Below are positions 27,336 to 37,059 of a stretch of DNA of 60,000 nt, in pieces. This stretch comes from Candidatus Pacearchaeota archaeon (GTDB taxonomy: Archaea; Nanobdellota; Nanobdellia; Pacearchaeales; DTIR01). How positions within the stretch are numbered: position 1 is the stretch's first letter; every line of letters begins with the position of its first letter. Under the pieces are notes generated by a model. That model saw only the letters and a list, made by a program, of their open reading frames with translations. It was not told the origin of the DNA and ran no database searches. The translations under genes were made by a program, and so were the position numbers. The stretch spans positions 243,528 through 303,527 of the forward strand of contig JAGVXL010000001.1 of NCBI GenBank assembly GCA_018303805.1, written 5' to 3'.

Positions 27336-27998
27336 TTATTTAATCCATTTGCTAACCCTAAACTTCCTTGCAATTCTGCTCCTGCTTAATCTCTCTCCCT
27401 GCTTCAATAGAAAATAATCAAGATTTTTCAGCTCTGCAGGCGTTATTCCAATAACAGGGATCCTGTGGGCAGGATACAGCTTGTTCTTCAGGACTTTCTT
27501 TTTCCATGCCAAAGGATAGCCGCCGTAAAATTCAACAAATATATTCCAATGGGGGATGTAAAAATCCGGGGTGCAGATGTTACCCCTGAATGGCTTTTTT
27601 GTTATCATCAGTGAAATTGATTCATACAGGCAGGGGATTTTGTTTTCGTAGAGAAAATTTGCTATCTTCTGTTCTCCCTTGCTCCTGACGAGAAATTTCT
27701 GTTTTGTTCTGAGGTGCTTTTTTAATGGGTTTTTTCCATGTTTTAAGAATTCCTTGAAAGCATCAGGGTTTTTCATGAAAAAATTCCTTATTTTCTCGGA
27801 GAATTCTTTTCTCACCCTCTTATCCCTAAATCTCGCATGTTGGGCTTTGCCCAGCTTTTCCCTATAGGCAGGATTTTTGTATGCCTTCACGATTGCATTA
27901 ATCCGTTTCAGCTCAATTTTCCTGCTCTTCCTCAACCTTGCCTGCAATTCCTTTCCAGATTTAACTCTGCCCTTGCTTACAAAGCTGTAGCGCGACAT
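27336..27998 (-). CDS. Basic protein with C-terminal PD-(D/E)xK-like nuclease domain
   Basis: VRSKGEQKIANFL, YES, PDFY, VEFYG; paralog of 56790-57857. Confidence 0.75.
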   Translation of the reverse strand: MSRYSFVSKGRVKSGKELQARLRKSRKIELKRINAIVKAYKNPAYREKLGKAQHARFRDKRVRKEFSEKIRNFFMKNPDAFKEFLKHGKNPLKKHLRTKQKFLVRSKGEQKIANFLYENKIPCLYESISLMITKKPFRGNICTPDFYIPHWNIFVEFYGGYPLAWKKKVLKNKLYPAHRIPVIGITPAELKNLDYFLLKQGERLSRSRIARKFRVSKWIK

Positions 27999-28043
27999 TC
28001 ATCAGGAAGGAAAGGAGGATTTTTAAACTTCTACACATTATAA

Positions 28044-28060
28044 CCGAAAAGCTTAAATAT
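28044..28060 (+). promoter_or_regulatory. BRE-TATA promoter of the small Cys-rich peptide gene
   Basis: CCGAAAAGCTTAAATAT; TATA-to-ATG spacing matches rpl11 and sepF. Confidence 0.7.
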
Positions 28061-28080
28061 CTCTACCTATTAGGAACGAT

Positions 28081-28185
28081 ATGGAAGAAGATAGTATTGA
28101 AGTGATTTGCAAGAGTAAAAATGAGAATTTGGAAGTAAAGAACTTTGAGATGGGATGCTCAGAGAACTGCCCTTGTTGCACATAA
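28081..28185 (+). CDS. Putative RiPP precursor peptide, 34 aa (not in ORF track)
   Basis: MEEDSIEVICKSKNENLEVKNFEMGCSENCPCCT*; own promoter; stop lies 3 nt from the rSAM/SPASM stop. Confidence 0.75.
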   Translation: MEEDSIEVICKSKNENLEVKNFEMGCSENCPCCT

Positions 28186-28188
28186 GGG

Positions 28189-29460
28189 TCAGGCGACTCT
28201 AAGTTGTGTAAATCTTTCTGGAAAATTTTGTTTAAGATATAGTTTTATACGTGTTTTTATTATATTCTCCTTTAAATAACATGCGGGTTTATCTAATTTG
28301 ATATTTTTGAGGACAAGAGGGCACCCCCCACAGCAGAGAGGCAAAATCTTGCAAACTCTACACTTATCAATTTTAAGAGGGTCTCTAGCTAACCATTTGT
28401 AATAATTATAAGACATCGTCGCATTACCCCGACTGTCTATTTCTCCATCTAAGAAATTATCTAAAGGTAAAGCAATGCAAGAGTATAATTTTCCTTCTGG
28501 GTCTATTGTATATCCGTTAGCTGTGAGTTGCTTGCAGTATGAAAAAGAATGTGGTAGACCCATACCAAGTGCCATCTTAAATCCTTTATTTACCGCCATC
28601 TGCCATAATTTTGGTAGGAGTTTGATAGATGCAGGATAAGGATAATTACATGCGTTGCGTATGGGCAAAATTATCCCAAAATTAAGTGGCAATTCATTTA
28701 ATTTGACTGCGACAAGTGAATCTAACAATTCTTCAACATGGGAATATGCTCTCTTATCTATATTTATACATACATAAGCACTAATATTTTGTTTTTTAAT
28801 TTCAAGAAGATTTTTTATAATTTGGTCGTATGTCCCTTTACCACTTAGAAACGGCCTATTTCTATCATGTATACTCTTAGGTCCATTTAAGGTTATAGCA
28901 AGGGTTATAGGATACCTCTTTAATTTTTTAATGATCTTGTGGTTAAAAAGTGTGCCATTAGATACTATGCTGACAGAATATCTAATCCTATTTTGTTTAA
29001 TAAATTGATTCATTTTTTCTAAAAAATAGAAAACAATCTCCCCATTTACCATGGGCTCACCACCATAAAATCTCAAAGAAAAACTTTGGCTGTTCTTTGC
29101 TAACACTGTTTTTTTAATGAATTTTATTATACTCTTTGCAGTAGGCTTATCCATAGATTTAGATAATTTTTCGCCTTCATAGCAATATTTGCAATTAAGG
29201 TTACACGAATAGGTTGGAATAACAACAAATTCTAATTCTGTGTTATTGTACTTATAACTTTCAAAAAGAACTTTAAAAATAGTTTTTTCATCAACTCTAT
29301 CTTCGATCATTATCCCCTGATTTTTTAATAAAAAGACATCTTTAGAGAAAAGATTGTCAATTCTTCTGCCTTTTTTGAATATAAGTGAGCCTGTTAGGCA
29401 GTTATAGATTATCAAATTATTTTTATAAGGTATATTTAGATTATAATATGAAGGTTTCAT
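28189..29460 (-). CDS. Radical SAM/SPASM peptide maturase
   Basis: CNLNCKYC, FYGGEP, SNGTL; SPASM cysteines YC...YSC...CRVC.....CCGGC...C; N-terminal SYYN...YNCLTG extension typical of peptide-modifying enzymes. Confidence 0.9.
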   Translation of the reverse strand: MKPSYYNLNIPYKNNLIIYNCLTGSLIFKKGRRIDNLFSKDVFLLKNQGIMIEDRVDEKTIFKVLFESYKYNNTELEFVVIPTYSCNLNCKYCYEGEKLSKSMDKPTAKSIIKFIKKTVLAKNSQSFSLRFYGGEPMVNGEIVFYFLEKMNQFIKQNRIRYSVSIVSNGTLFNHKIIKKLKRYPITLAITLNGPKSIHDRNRPFLSGKGTYDQIIKNLLEIKKQNISAYVCINIDKRAYSHVEELLDSLVAVKLNELPLNFGIILPIRNACNYPYPASIKLLPKLWQMAVNKGFKMALGMGLPHSFSYCKQLTANGYTIDPEGKLYSCIALPLDNFLDGEIDSRGNATMSYNYYKWLARDPLKIDKCRVCKILPLCCGGCPLVLKNIKLDKPACYLKENIIKTRIKLYLKQNFPERFTQLRVA

Positions 29461-29461
29461 T

Positions 29462-30892
29462 TTATACCTTAGTTAATTTGGGTCCATCTGAAGTGTCACT
29501 GATTTGATAGCCTTTGTTTTTTATTTGTGTTCTTACTTCATCAGCTTTTTTCCAGTTACCAGATTTTCTATATAACTCTCTTTCATCAATAAGTCTTTTA
29601 ATATCCCGAGATAGATCTCCTAAAAATCTAGAGGTAGTCTCTGTCAAGTCAAGAGCTAACACTTTATCAAAATCTTTAATTAAATCATATTTTTCTTTGT
29701 TTCCTATCCCCTTTTCAGCCATTAGATTCCACAATGTAGCCAAAGCTTCGGGCATGTTAAGATCATAACTTATATTTTCAGTGAATTCTTTTTTATACGA
29801 GTCTATTAATTTATGATTAGTTTTGCTAAATTGGTCTCCTTGAATAATTGAAACAAGATTCTTTAGTCTTTCATAAGCATTTTTTGCAGATTGGAGGTTT
29901 TTCATGCTAAATACTAGGGGTTTTCTATAACTGGCTGTAAGGCAGAAATATCTATAGGCAAGAGGGTCAAAACCTTGTTTTTCTAAATCGTTTATGGTTA
30001 GAAAATTTCTTTCTGATTTGCCCATTTTCCCTTCTTTTAATATTAAAAATTCCCCATGAAGCCAATAATTCACAAATTTACTGCCTGTAGAAGCCTCTGA
30101 CTGAGCTATTTCGTTAGTATGATGAACTGGGATGTGGTCTGTTCCTCCACAATGGACGTCAAAATGTTTACCAAGATACTTCATAGACATTGCTGAACAT
30201 TCAATATGCCAGCCCGGAAAGCCCTTGCCCCATGGACTGTCCCATTCCATTTGCCTTTTTTTGTCTGTTGGAGAAAATTTCCACAAAGCAAAATCGGTAG
30301 GGGAGTTTTTTTCACCCATCTCTATTCTTTTGCCTGCCTTTAATTTTTCTATTCTTAGCTTAGCTAATTTTCCATAATCTTTTAATTTCGAGGTATCAAA
30401 GTAGATACCCTCGCTTGTTTTGTAAGTATATCCTTTACCTTCTAATCCCCTAATTAATTCTATCTGTTCTTTTATGTGGTCTGTAGCCTTACATATTATA
30501 TCTGGTTTTTTTATATTCAATTTTTTCTCATCTACAAGAAAGGCTTTTGTGTAAAATTCTGCTATATCCCATATAGACTTTCCTTCCCTTTTTGCGCCTA
30601 TCTCCATCTTGTCTTCACCAGTATCGGCATCGCTTGTTAAATGCCCCACATCAGTTATATTCATCACATGTTTCACTTTGTAGCCATTATATTCCAAGAC
30701 CTTCTTCAAAACATCCTCAAAAATGTAAGTTCTTAGGTTGCCTATATGTGCATAATTATATACCGTAGGCCCACAACAATACATCTTAACATTTGGGGGG
30801 TTAATTGGCTTGAATTCTTCGAATCTTCTTCCTAAGGTATTAAAAAATACTATTTTGTTCTCCATTTTACCTAATACAGTCTCCAAGCTCAT
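29462..30892 (-). CDS. cysS: Cysteine--tRNA ligase in an AT-rich island
   Basis: [50 protein letters not shown]. Confidence 0.96.
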   Translation of the reverse strand: MSLETVLGKMENKIVFFNTLGRRFEEFKPINPPNVKMYCCGPTVYNYAHIGNLRTYIFEDVLKKVLEYNGYKVKHVMNITDVGHLTSDADTGEDKMEIGAKREGKSIWDIAEFYTKAFLVDEKKLNIKKPDIICKATDHIKEQIELIRGLEGKGYTYKTSEGIYFDTSKLKDYGKLAKLRIEKLKAGKRIEMGEKNSPTDFALWKFSPTDKKRQMEWDSPWGKGFPGWHIECSAMSMKYLGKHFDVHCGGTDHIPVHHTNEIAQSEASTGSKFVNYWLHGEFLILKEGKMGKSERNFLTINDLEKQGFDPLAYRYFCLTASYRKPLVFSMKNLQSAKNAYERLKNLVSIIQGDQFSKTNHKLIDSYKKEFTENISYDLNMPEALATLWNLMAEKGIGNKEKYDLIKDFDKVLALDLTETTSRFLGDLSRDIKRLIDERELYRKSGNWKKADEVRTQIKNKGYQISDTSDGPKLTKV

Positions 30893-31039
30893 TTTTATCT
30901 TTTACTATTCTAATTTTTTATATATCTATACCCTTTGTTTAAAAAGCAGGTCTTAATAAACCCTTCTATTATTACTCCTTAAGAATAGTATCAAATAGAA
31001 AGATTTAAATATCCTTTATTGTTAATAATAACAATTAAA

Positions 31040-31231
31040 ATGCCAGACATAACACATCTTTATGAGTGGATTCCAAAGGGCTTTGGGATAACCATAGAAG
31101 AAGATGTAGACCACTTGCTGTATGTGAAGCATAATGGAAAAACCAAGGGAACATTTAACCAGATGAATTTTACTGAGGAAATATTAAAAGAGCATGTTAA
31201 GAAGTTAAATCTTGAAGGAGTTATAAAGTAA
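31040..31231 (+). CDS. Small hypothetical protein
   Basis: ATG about 27 nt after TTTAAATA; 63 aa. Confidence 0.55.
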   Translation: MPDITHLYEWIPKGFGITIEEDVDHLLYVKHNGKTKGTFNQMNFTEEILKEHVKKLNLEGVIK

Positions 31232-31240
31232 ACTTGAAAA

Positions 31241-31921
31241 ATGGCACAAAATATTGAGAACAAATTAAGCAATGAGAATAAAGTTGAGGGGATATTGAAG
31301 GTAGGCAGGCATCTCAGGGAAATCCAAAGAAGGGGCGCAAGTTCAGGCATCTCAGGTGACAGGCAGGATAATCAGAACAATCAGGGCAATTCAAATTCTA
31401 ACCATCAAAATCCTTTTTACAGCAAGTTCAGGAGAGGCGCAGGAGCCTTTCTTTTAGGGGTGAGTTTGATAGGGGGTGGTTTGGGGTTGATTTCAACTAA
31501 TAAAGGATATTGTCAAGAAGTAAACGAACAAAAAATTGAAGATTCTGTCACCTCAAACCTTACGCAAGAATATGACCATCAGGAGATATGGAACAATAGG
31601 ATTGATGATGATGTGTACAAGGGCAATGTTGCCTTTACTTCATATATTGGAAGCGGAACAAGCAGACAGACAGAATTATTCGCTGGGAAGATGGATGATG
31701 ATGGAAATGTCAAGGATATAAAAAGGCTGACACATACACAAGAATGTGAAATAGGCCCAATTTTCACAGATACTCTGAGGATAGATTACGGAAGGGCTAA
31801 ATCAACTTTGATAAAAGATATGGAGTTAGATAAGTGGTTTCGCATTAATAAAGACGGAACCAATATCCAGCCAATTGATTTTATGACATGGCTAGGGGAA
31901 TACAGCAGAAACCACCGTTAA
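31241..31921 (+). CDS. Membrane-anchored hypothetical protein with TolB/PD40-like blades
   Basis: Central TM; VAFTS, ELF...DG..IKRLT, RINKDGTN. Confidence 0.65.
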   Translation: MAQNIENKLSNENKVEGILKVGRHLREIQRRGASSGISGDRQDNQNNQGNSNSNHQNPFYSKFRRGAGAFLLGVSLIGGGLGLISTNKGYCQEVNEQKIEDSVTSNLTQEYDHQEIWNNRIDDDVYKGNVAFTSYIGSGTSRQTELFAGKMDDDGNVKDIKRLTHTQECEIGPIFTDTLRIDYGRAKSTLIKDMELDKWFRINKDGTNIQPIDFMTWLGEYSRNHR

Positions 31922-31947
31922 AACACATTTGTCTTCTCACTTGCCTT

Positions 31948-31998
31948 AACATCATACGCATTAACCTGCATGCTGCACTCTGAAGGTGCAGGCATGTT
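31948..31998. repeat. Direct repeat copy A (displaced 3' end of the 1230-aa gene)
   Basis: 49 of 51 nt identical to 33234-33284. Confidence 0.9.
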
Positions 31999-32085
31999 AG
32001 CAAACTTTCCCTATTATCAAATTGCCTAATAAAATATATTTTATAGTATAGATAAATTTATATATAGTTATATACAAAATTATAT

Positions 32086-32598
32086 ATGGTTATCGAAGAC
32101 ATAATACCAACTCTGCCAAAAAAGAAAGAGGGGATTGAGAATGCATATAAGAATTGTTGCAAAAATAAAAAATTCATTCCTGTAAAAAAAGATAATTTTT
32201 CTGTTTACTTAGAAAAAGCAAAAAGCGATTTATCAAACACAAAAACTGATTTTGGAAATCAGGCATGGGACGGGGTTATAATCAAATGCTATTATGCTAT
32301 ACATCATGCAATCAACGCCTTGCTTGTCAAATCACAAGGATTTTATTCAAAAGACCATATATGCGCAATATTAGCATTAAATTATCTTAAATTGATATCA
32401 GAAAGTTTCTATAAAAAATTAAGAGAGATAAATACAAAATTCTCGGATTTTACTGGTTTTGAGATAAGCTATTCATTGAGAAAATTAAGCCAGTATGATG
32501 TCCTAAAGTGGAAATCGATAAACAAAAAAGACGCTGAACAAATATACTCTCTGGCAAAAGAACTTATTTTATTTGTTGAAGTGGAGTGCTACAAATGA
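32086..32598 (+). CDS. HEPN-domain protein
   Basis: YLEKA..DL, CYYAIHHAINALL, SKDHIC, LRKLSQY. Confidence 0.88.
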   Translation: MVIEDIIPTLPKKKEGIENAYKNCCKNKKFIPVKKDNFSVYLEKAKSDLSNTKTDFGNQAWDGVIIKCYYAIHHAINALLVKSQGFYSKDHICAILALNYLKLISESFYKKLREINTKFSDFTGFEISYSLRKLSQYDVLKWKSINKKDAEQIYSLAKELILFVEVECYK

Positions 32599-33206
32599 TA
32601 TTCCCAACATCTAAAGCAGAATACAAAATAATCAAGGAGATATATGAAAATCCTGGGATAAATATCTCGACATTGTTAAAAAAAACAAGAACTTCCCCCC
32701 AAGCAGGATACAAGTATATAAAAGAACTATTAAAGGCACAAATTATAAAAGAGGCAAAAGAAGGAGAGAAGCCTATTCTCAGGCGTTTCTATCCAAATTT
32801 CTCAGAAGTAGGAAAATTAATTTTTGCATTGATTGAAGAAAACAAAAAGCAGGATTTCTTGAATATTCATCCTATATTCAAAGGTGCAATAATTCAGTTT
32901 GAAAAAGAAATAATTGATCAGGTTGACTGTGTACTTATTTTTGGTTCATTCGCCAGAAAAAGTGAAACTAAAGAAAGCGATGTTGATATGCTTGTTCTTG
33001 GCAAAAAAGAAATCAAGAAATATATAGAGAAATTGACAGAGCGTGCTTTTATCACTATAAGAAATAAGATTTCATTAAGATTTAATAAAACCAAAGATTT
33101 CATTAAAAAAATTGAGAATAATGACTCTTTTGCAGTTCAGATACAAAAGGAGCATGTTGTTACAGTAAATGCCAAAAAATGGGTTGAAATAGTTTCAGAA
33201 TTATAA
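32586..33206 (+). CDS. HTH plus minimal nucleotidyltransferase (MNT)
   Basis: N-terminal HTH; IFGSFAR...SDVDMLV. Confidence 0.9.
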   Translation: MLQMIFPTSKAEYKIIKEIYENPGINISTLLKKTRTSPQAGYKYIKELLKAQIIKEAKEGEKPILRRFYPNFSEVGKLIFALIEENKKQDFLNIHPIFKGAIIQFEKEIIDQVDCVLIFGSFARKSETKESDVDMLVLGKKEIKKYIEKLTERAFITIRNKISLRFNKTKDFIKKIENNDSFAVQIQKEHVVTVNAKKWVEIVSEL

Positions 33207-33221
33207 ATCTAAATAAAAAAT

Positions 33222-36200
33222 TCAACCTGTTGGAACATCATACGCGTTTACCTGCATGCTGCACTCTGAAGGTGCAGGCATGTTTCCATAAATATCCCTG
33301 CACTTGATATAGTAAGTTATGTCTGTTCTCCAGTCTGCTGTGTGCTCTGTTGATGTTGTGAAAGGCATTTCAGTAGCAGCAGTAAAGTCAAACTTACAAT
33401 CTTTAATGCTGTATCTGCACTCACTCTCTTCATCAGTTATTATTTTAAGCATGCCTGCATCCTGGTAGACCCTGACAATCAAAGGTGCAGTCCTGTCAAC
33501 TTCTGTCTTGAAGCTGGTTATTGCCTTATCTGTATTGCCCCCTAAATCTCTGCATAGCACATAATAGGTATTGTTTTCTGCTGCATACAAATCTAACTTT
33601 TGTTCATGTATGCTGCTTCCAGTTGTAAAGAATTCTACCATTGCATTTTCATAACCTGCAGGAGAGAAATAGCAAGACGCATCTCCATTATTGTAGCCAT
33701 TTGAAGTCTCAATCTTTAATGTAACAGGAACTGGCTCTGAGCCATACTTGATAGTTCCATTTGGCTCAATCTTTGTTATGTTAAGAGGAATTGTCCCTTT
33801 TAATGTGAAAACATAACTTTCCTTGTTCACATTCCTGTCACTTTCATTAGCAGTTCCAATAAGCCAAGGCTGGTCTCTGCACCTGAAATAAAATTTATTT
33901 TCAACTTTGTCCTGTATCTTCGTTAAAGTTGTTGAACATTTGTAAGTCATATCCCATTCCATTTGCTCAAGTGAGGAAGAACAAGCAAATGTGCTGTTCA
34001 TATTTGAATAGTCCTGGTCTGTCTTGCTCCACTTGCATTCTGCTGGCTCGTTCAAATAAACATCTAAATCAGAATTTTTAGTGCCATAGGCGACAGGAGC
34101 GCCATTCTCAATGCCTGTTCTCATAACTGTTGCAGGAGTTGTATCAGGGCCAGGGTCAACGCAGAATTGCATTGCCATCTCCCCAAGATTCCAGTTTCCA
34201 TTTCCATCCCTGCATCTTGCATAAAGCGTATACTTTCCATCATTCTTAAGTTCAGGGCTTTCAAGCTGTGCATTGATATGTGCAGGAGCAGGCAGGCTCA
34301 TCTGCATGCTGTGATTATACATATACAGATTATCGCCAAAGAAGAACTGCATGTCATCAAACTTAGATGTGTGATTTGTGTCAACCTTGCATTGCGCAGG
34401 CTCATTTGTCTCTATGCCAAATGTCAAAGGTGTAAATGCCTTGATACAGCCATCTTGTGCGCCCTGCCTAATAATATTCCAGCAACCAGGTCCTGGAGGG
34501 CATGGCTTAACGCTTTGATAAGAATGGTCTTTTGTAAGCACGCCATCCCATGGCTTTATAGTCGGAGCATTTGTATCATCTTTATTGAGCCATGCGCAGA
34601 TATCCTTGCCAGTTCCCTCATTCAACAAACTGCATCCAGTGCCCAAGCTCTCACACCTGTACTTGCTGCACGGCTTCATTGGCCCGCCAAGAGGTGCCTT
34701 ATTGCATTTTTCGCAATCCTCTCCGCCTGTTGGTGGCTGCCAAGGCATACAAGTAAAGGTTACGGTTTCAGTTCTTGTTGAACCTATCTTCATAACTTTA
34801 AGGATTATTGCAACTATAATCATTGCAACAACCGCCCAAATAAGAGGGCCGAACCATGGCCCTTTCGGACCTAAAAGAAGCCACTTACCTGTTGCTCCTC
34901 CAAAACCTTTAACAAATCCTGCCATGGATGTCAAAGCAGCAGTACTAACGCCCGTCATTGTTACGGTATTAGCAGCTTCGCCTTTCAGACCAAACATTTG
35001 ATTTATTAGAATTGATGTCAAATAAGCACCTGCTACATTAACTGCAAGATTAGCAAAGCCACCTTGTTGGGCGTTTATTGTTAACCATTGATTTAATGTT
35101 AATTCTTTACCTGGAGCATATCCTAATTTCAAACCTTTAAGACTAGTAACTCCCTTTTGCGTCCCTCCAAAGAATTTAGCAGCTTCTAATGCTGTCTCTC
35201 CAGAAACAGGTATGAAATGGAAACTATTAAATAATATCCCTACACCAATGGCAACACCCCCAGCAAATAAAATCCCGCCAAACTGCCCCATGCCAGCATC
35301 CTGATTGCTGACGTTCTTGTCTGGCTCGTTCTGCGTTCCAGAAATTTGATAACCATCATCTGTGAACTTTCCTGCAATATTATACTTGCCACCGCAATCA
35401 CCCAGGCTTGTGCAGAATTTACTAATTGCATTTATCCAATTCTTCTCCTTGCATTCGCAATTTTGTATGCATTTCCATCCGCTCTTTAATGTCTTTTGAT
35501 AAATAACAGTGCATGATTGTGTTGCCATGCTGCAATAAGTATTAGCAGATAAACCCCCGCCCTCTGTCTTTAAATTAAATCCCGGTGGAAAGTTAGGCAC
35601 ACACATCTTTGATTTTGTTGCAACAGTGTTTAATTCCATATACATGCAGTCATTATTATCCTTGCATGCCTTCTCAACATTCGGCTTTGTATTATAATCA
35701 AAGCACATCTTCCATGCATTTGCACGGCACATTGCCTCTGTAAAATTGCCAGAGCCTTCAACTTTAACACTATCCTGAACACAAATTGCCTGCCTGTAAT
35801 CATCGCAGGGCTCAACCTTTTCCTCACCCTGCACACAAAGATTTCTCCAATGCCTTGAGCCAGGCGCATCTCTTCCCTTGCCAACCAACCCATCAAAAAC
35901 GCACCAGCTCTCACCATGCTTGTAATCATTGCCATTTGAGGTTTTATAACAATTCAAGTCCCTGCAAATATAATCTCCTGAAGCTGGGCGCGGCTCAACT
36001 CCTGTTCTTGCCTTTCCGCACATTGAGCCAAGATAATACTGGCAGTTCCCGCAGGAAGGATCTTTTGCATTATTCTCATTAGGGTCACAGGATTTTTCCT
36101 TGCTCAAAATCTTCCCAAAATTATAGCTTCTCGTCTTGTCTGAATCATAAATATTCTCGGCATTGCCGCATGAATCAAACCAATATACTTCATCCTTGCC

Positions 36201-36914
36201 TTCTATGCATCCTGTTCTTGCCTGCCTTGCGCAGTTTGTTCCAAGCTGTTCTGCTGAACAGAGAAAATCTTTATAGAAAGCAGACTCATTTCTTGTTAAT
36301 GTCTTGCACTCTGCCCTTGTGGCAAATTTGCATGTTCTTTCTGTTGCTGTGTCAATCACACAGGCACCTTTATCCTGGGATTGCGCAATCGCAACGCATG
36401 CAGATTCAGTTGTAATGCCGCTCCTGAAATCTGTTTCCAAGCCATAATATGAAGCAAGCTTCTTGCATTTTACTAATGTAGTGAGAGAAGCATCACTTCC
36501 TAAAACACAGCATCCTAATGAGCATTGCGCTATTTTGCAGTCTGCATTCACATCAAAGGTTCCATTTCTCAACTCGCATAATTTTCTTGGGGTATTCTCT
36601 GCGCAAGTTCCCTCAACAGAATCATAACAGCAGCCGAGCTTGCAGAATGAAGTTGAAGCGCATGCAGTCGGAGCAGACTTAAAAGCAGTATTACAAGTGT
36701 CAGACATGGAATTCTGGCAAAACAATCCAGAATCCTTGACTTTCTCGCAGCATGCCGGCTGTGCAGCTTTAACAACAGGAATCGGCGCTGCAATCAAAAC
36801 TGAAAAAGCAAAGATTGAAACTATCAAAATAGCAATCTGGAAAAAAGCCTCGCTAACGACGCTCGGCTTTTTCAGCGCCTCTTTCAGCTTGATTTGAATT
36901 TTGGCTTTATCCAT
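33222..36914 (-). CDS. Giant Cys-rich surface protein with central hydrophobic Gly-rich segment and C-terminal Ig-like repeats
   Basis: Signal/TM; many CC and CxxC modules; repeats such as TNEPAQC, LNEPAEC, TDEESEC and Y..CRD..GN. Confidence 0.88.
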   Translation of the reverse strand: MDKAKIQIKLKEALKKPSVVSEAFFQIAILIVSIFAFSVLIAAPIPVVKAAQPACCEKVKDSGLFCQNSMSDTCNTAFKSAPTACASTSFCKLGCCYDSVEGTCAENTPRKLCELRNGTFDVNADCKIAQCSLGCCVLGSDASLTTLVKCKKLASYYGLETDFRSGITTESACVAIAQSQDKGACVIDTATERTCKFATRAECKTLTRNESAFYKDFLCSAEQLGTNCARQARTGCIEGKDEVYWFDSCGNAENIYDSDKTRSYNFGKILSKEKSCDPNENNAKDPSCGNCQYYLGSMCGKARTGVEPRPASGDYICRDLNCYKTSNGNDYKHGESWCVFDGLVGKGRDAPGSRHWRNLCVQGEEKVEPCDDYRQAICVQDSVKVEGSGNFTEAMCRANAWKMCFDYNTKPNVEKACKDNNDCMYMELNTVATKSKMCVPNFPPGFNLKTEGGGLSANTYCSMATQSCTVIYQKTLKSGWKCIQNCECKEKNWINAISKFCTSLGDCGGKYNIAGKFTDDGYQISGTQNEPDKNVSNQDAGMGQFGGILFAGGVAIGVGILFNSFHFIPVSGETALEAAKFFGGTQKGVTSLKGLKLGYAPGKELTLNQWLTINAQQGGFANLAVNVAGAYLTSILINQMFGLKGEAANTVTMTGVSTAALTSMAGFVKGFGGATGKWLLLGPKGPWFGPLIWAVVAMIIVAIILKVMKIGSTRTETVTFTCMPWQPPTGGEDCEKCNKAPLGGPMKPCSKYRCESLGTGCSLLNEGTGKDICAWLNKDDTNAPTIKPWDGVLTKDHSYQSVKPCPPGPGCWNIIRQGAQDGCIKAFTPLTFGIETNEPAQCKVDTNHTSKFDDMQFFFGDNLYMYNHSMQMSLPAPAHINAQLESPELKNDGKYTLYARCRDGNGNWNLGEMAMQFCVDPGPDTTPATVMRTGIENGAPVAYGTKNSDLDVYLNEPAECKWSKTDQDYSNMNSTFACSSSLEQMEWDMTYKCSTTLTKIQDKVENKFYFRCRDQPWLIGTANESDRNVNKESYVFTLKGTIPLNITKIEPNGTIKYGSEPVPVTLKIETSNGYNNGDASCYFSPAGYENAMVEFFTTGSSIHEQKLDLYAAENNTYYVLCRDLGGNTDKAITSFKTEVDRTAPLIVRVYQDAGMLKIITDEESECRYSIKDCKFDFTAATEMPFTTSTEHTADWRTDITYYIKCRDIYGNMPAPSECSMQVNAYDVPTG
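33234..33284. repeat. Direct repeat copy B (within the current 3' end of the gene)
   Basis: Matches 31948-31998. Confidence 0.9.
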
Positions 36915-36915
36915 T

Positions 36916-37059
36916 TTAACTTAAAAATTTAATTAATATCAAGAGGAATAATACCAACAGCAGGGATATTGAAATCTCCTTCTTTTTTGTGAATAAACTT
37001 ATAATTGCGGCGATTGCCACTCCTATTATCCCATAATCATAAGGTGTTATGTTTATCAT
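36916..37059 (-). CDS. 47-aa two-TM microprotein (not in ORF track)
   Basis: MINITPYDYGIIGVAIAAIISLFTKKKEISISLLLVLFLLILIKFLS; ATGA overlap upstream, 1-nt gap downstream. Confidence 0.65.
   Translation of the reverse strand: MINITPYDYGIIGVAIAAIISLFTKKKEISISLLLVLFLLILIKFLS

Noticed and set aside
31948-33284. Diversity-generating retroelement TR/VR pair (both mismatches are A in copy A on the plus strand)
   Set aside because: Only two mismatches, both synonymous and T rather than A on the coding strand; no reverse transcriptase in the window; integration duplication explains it better.
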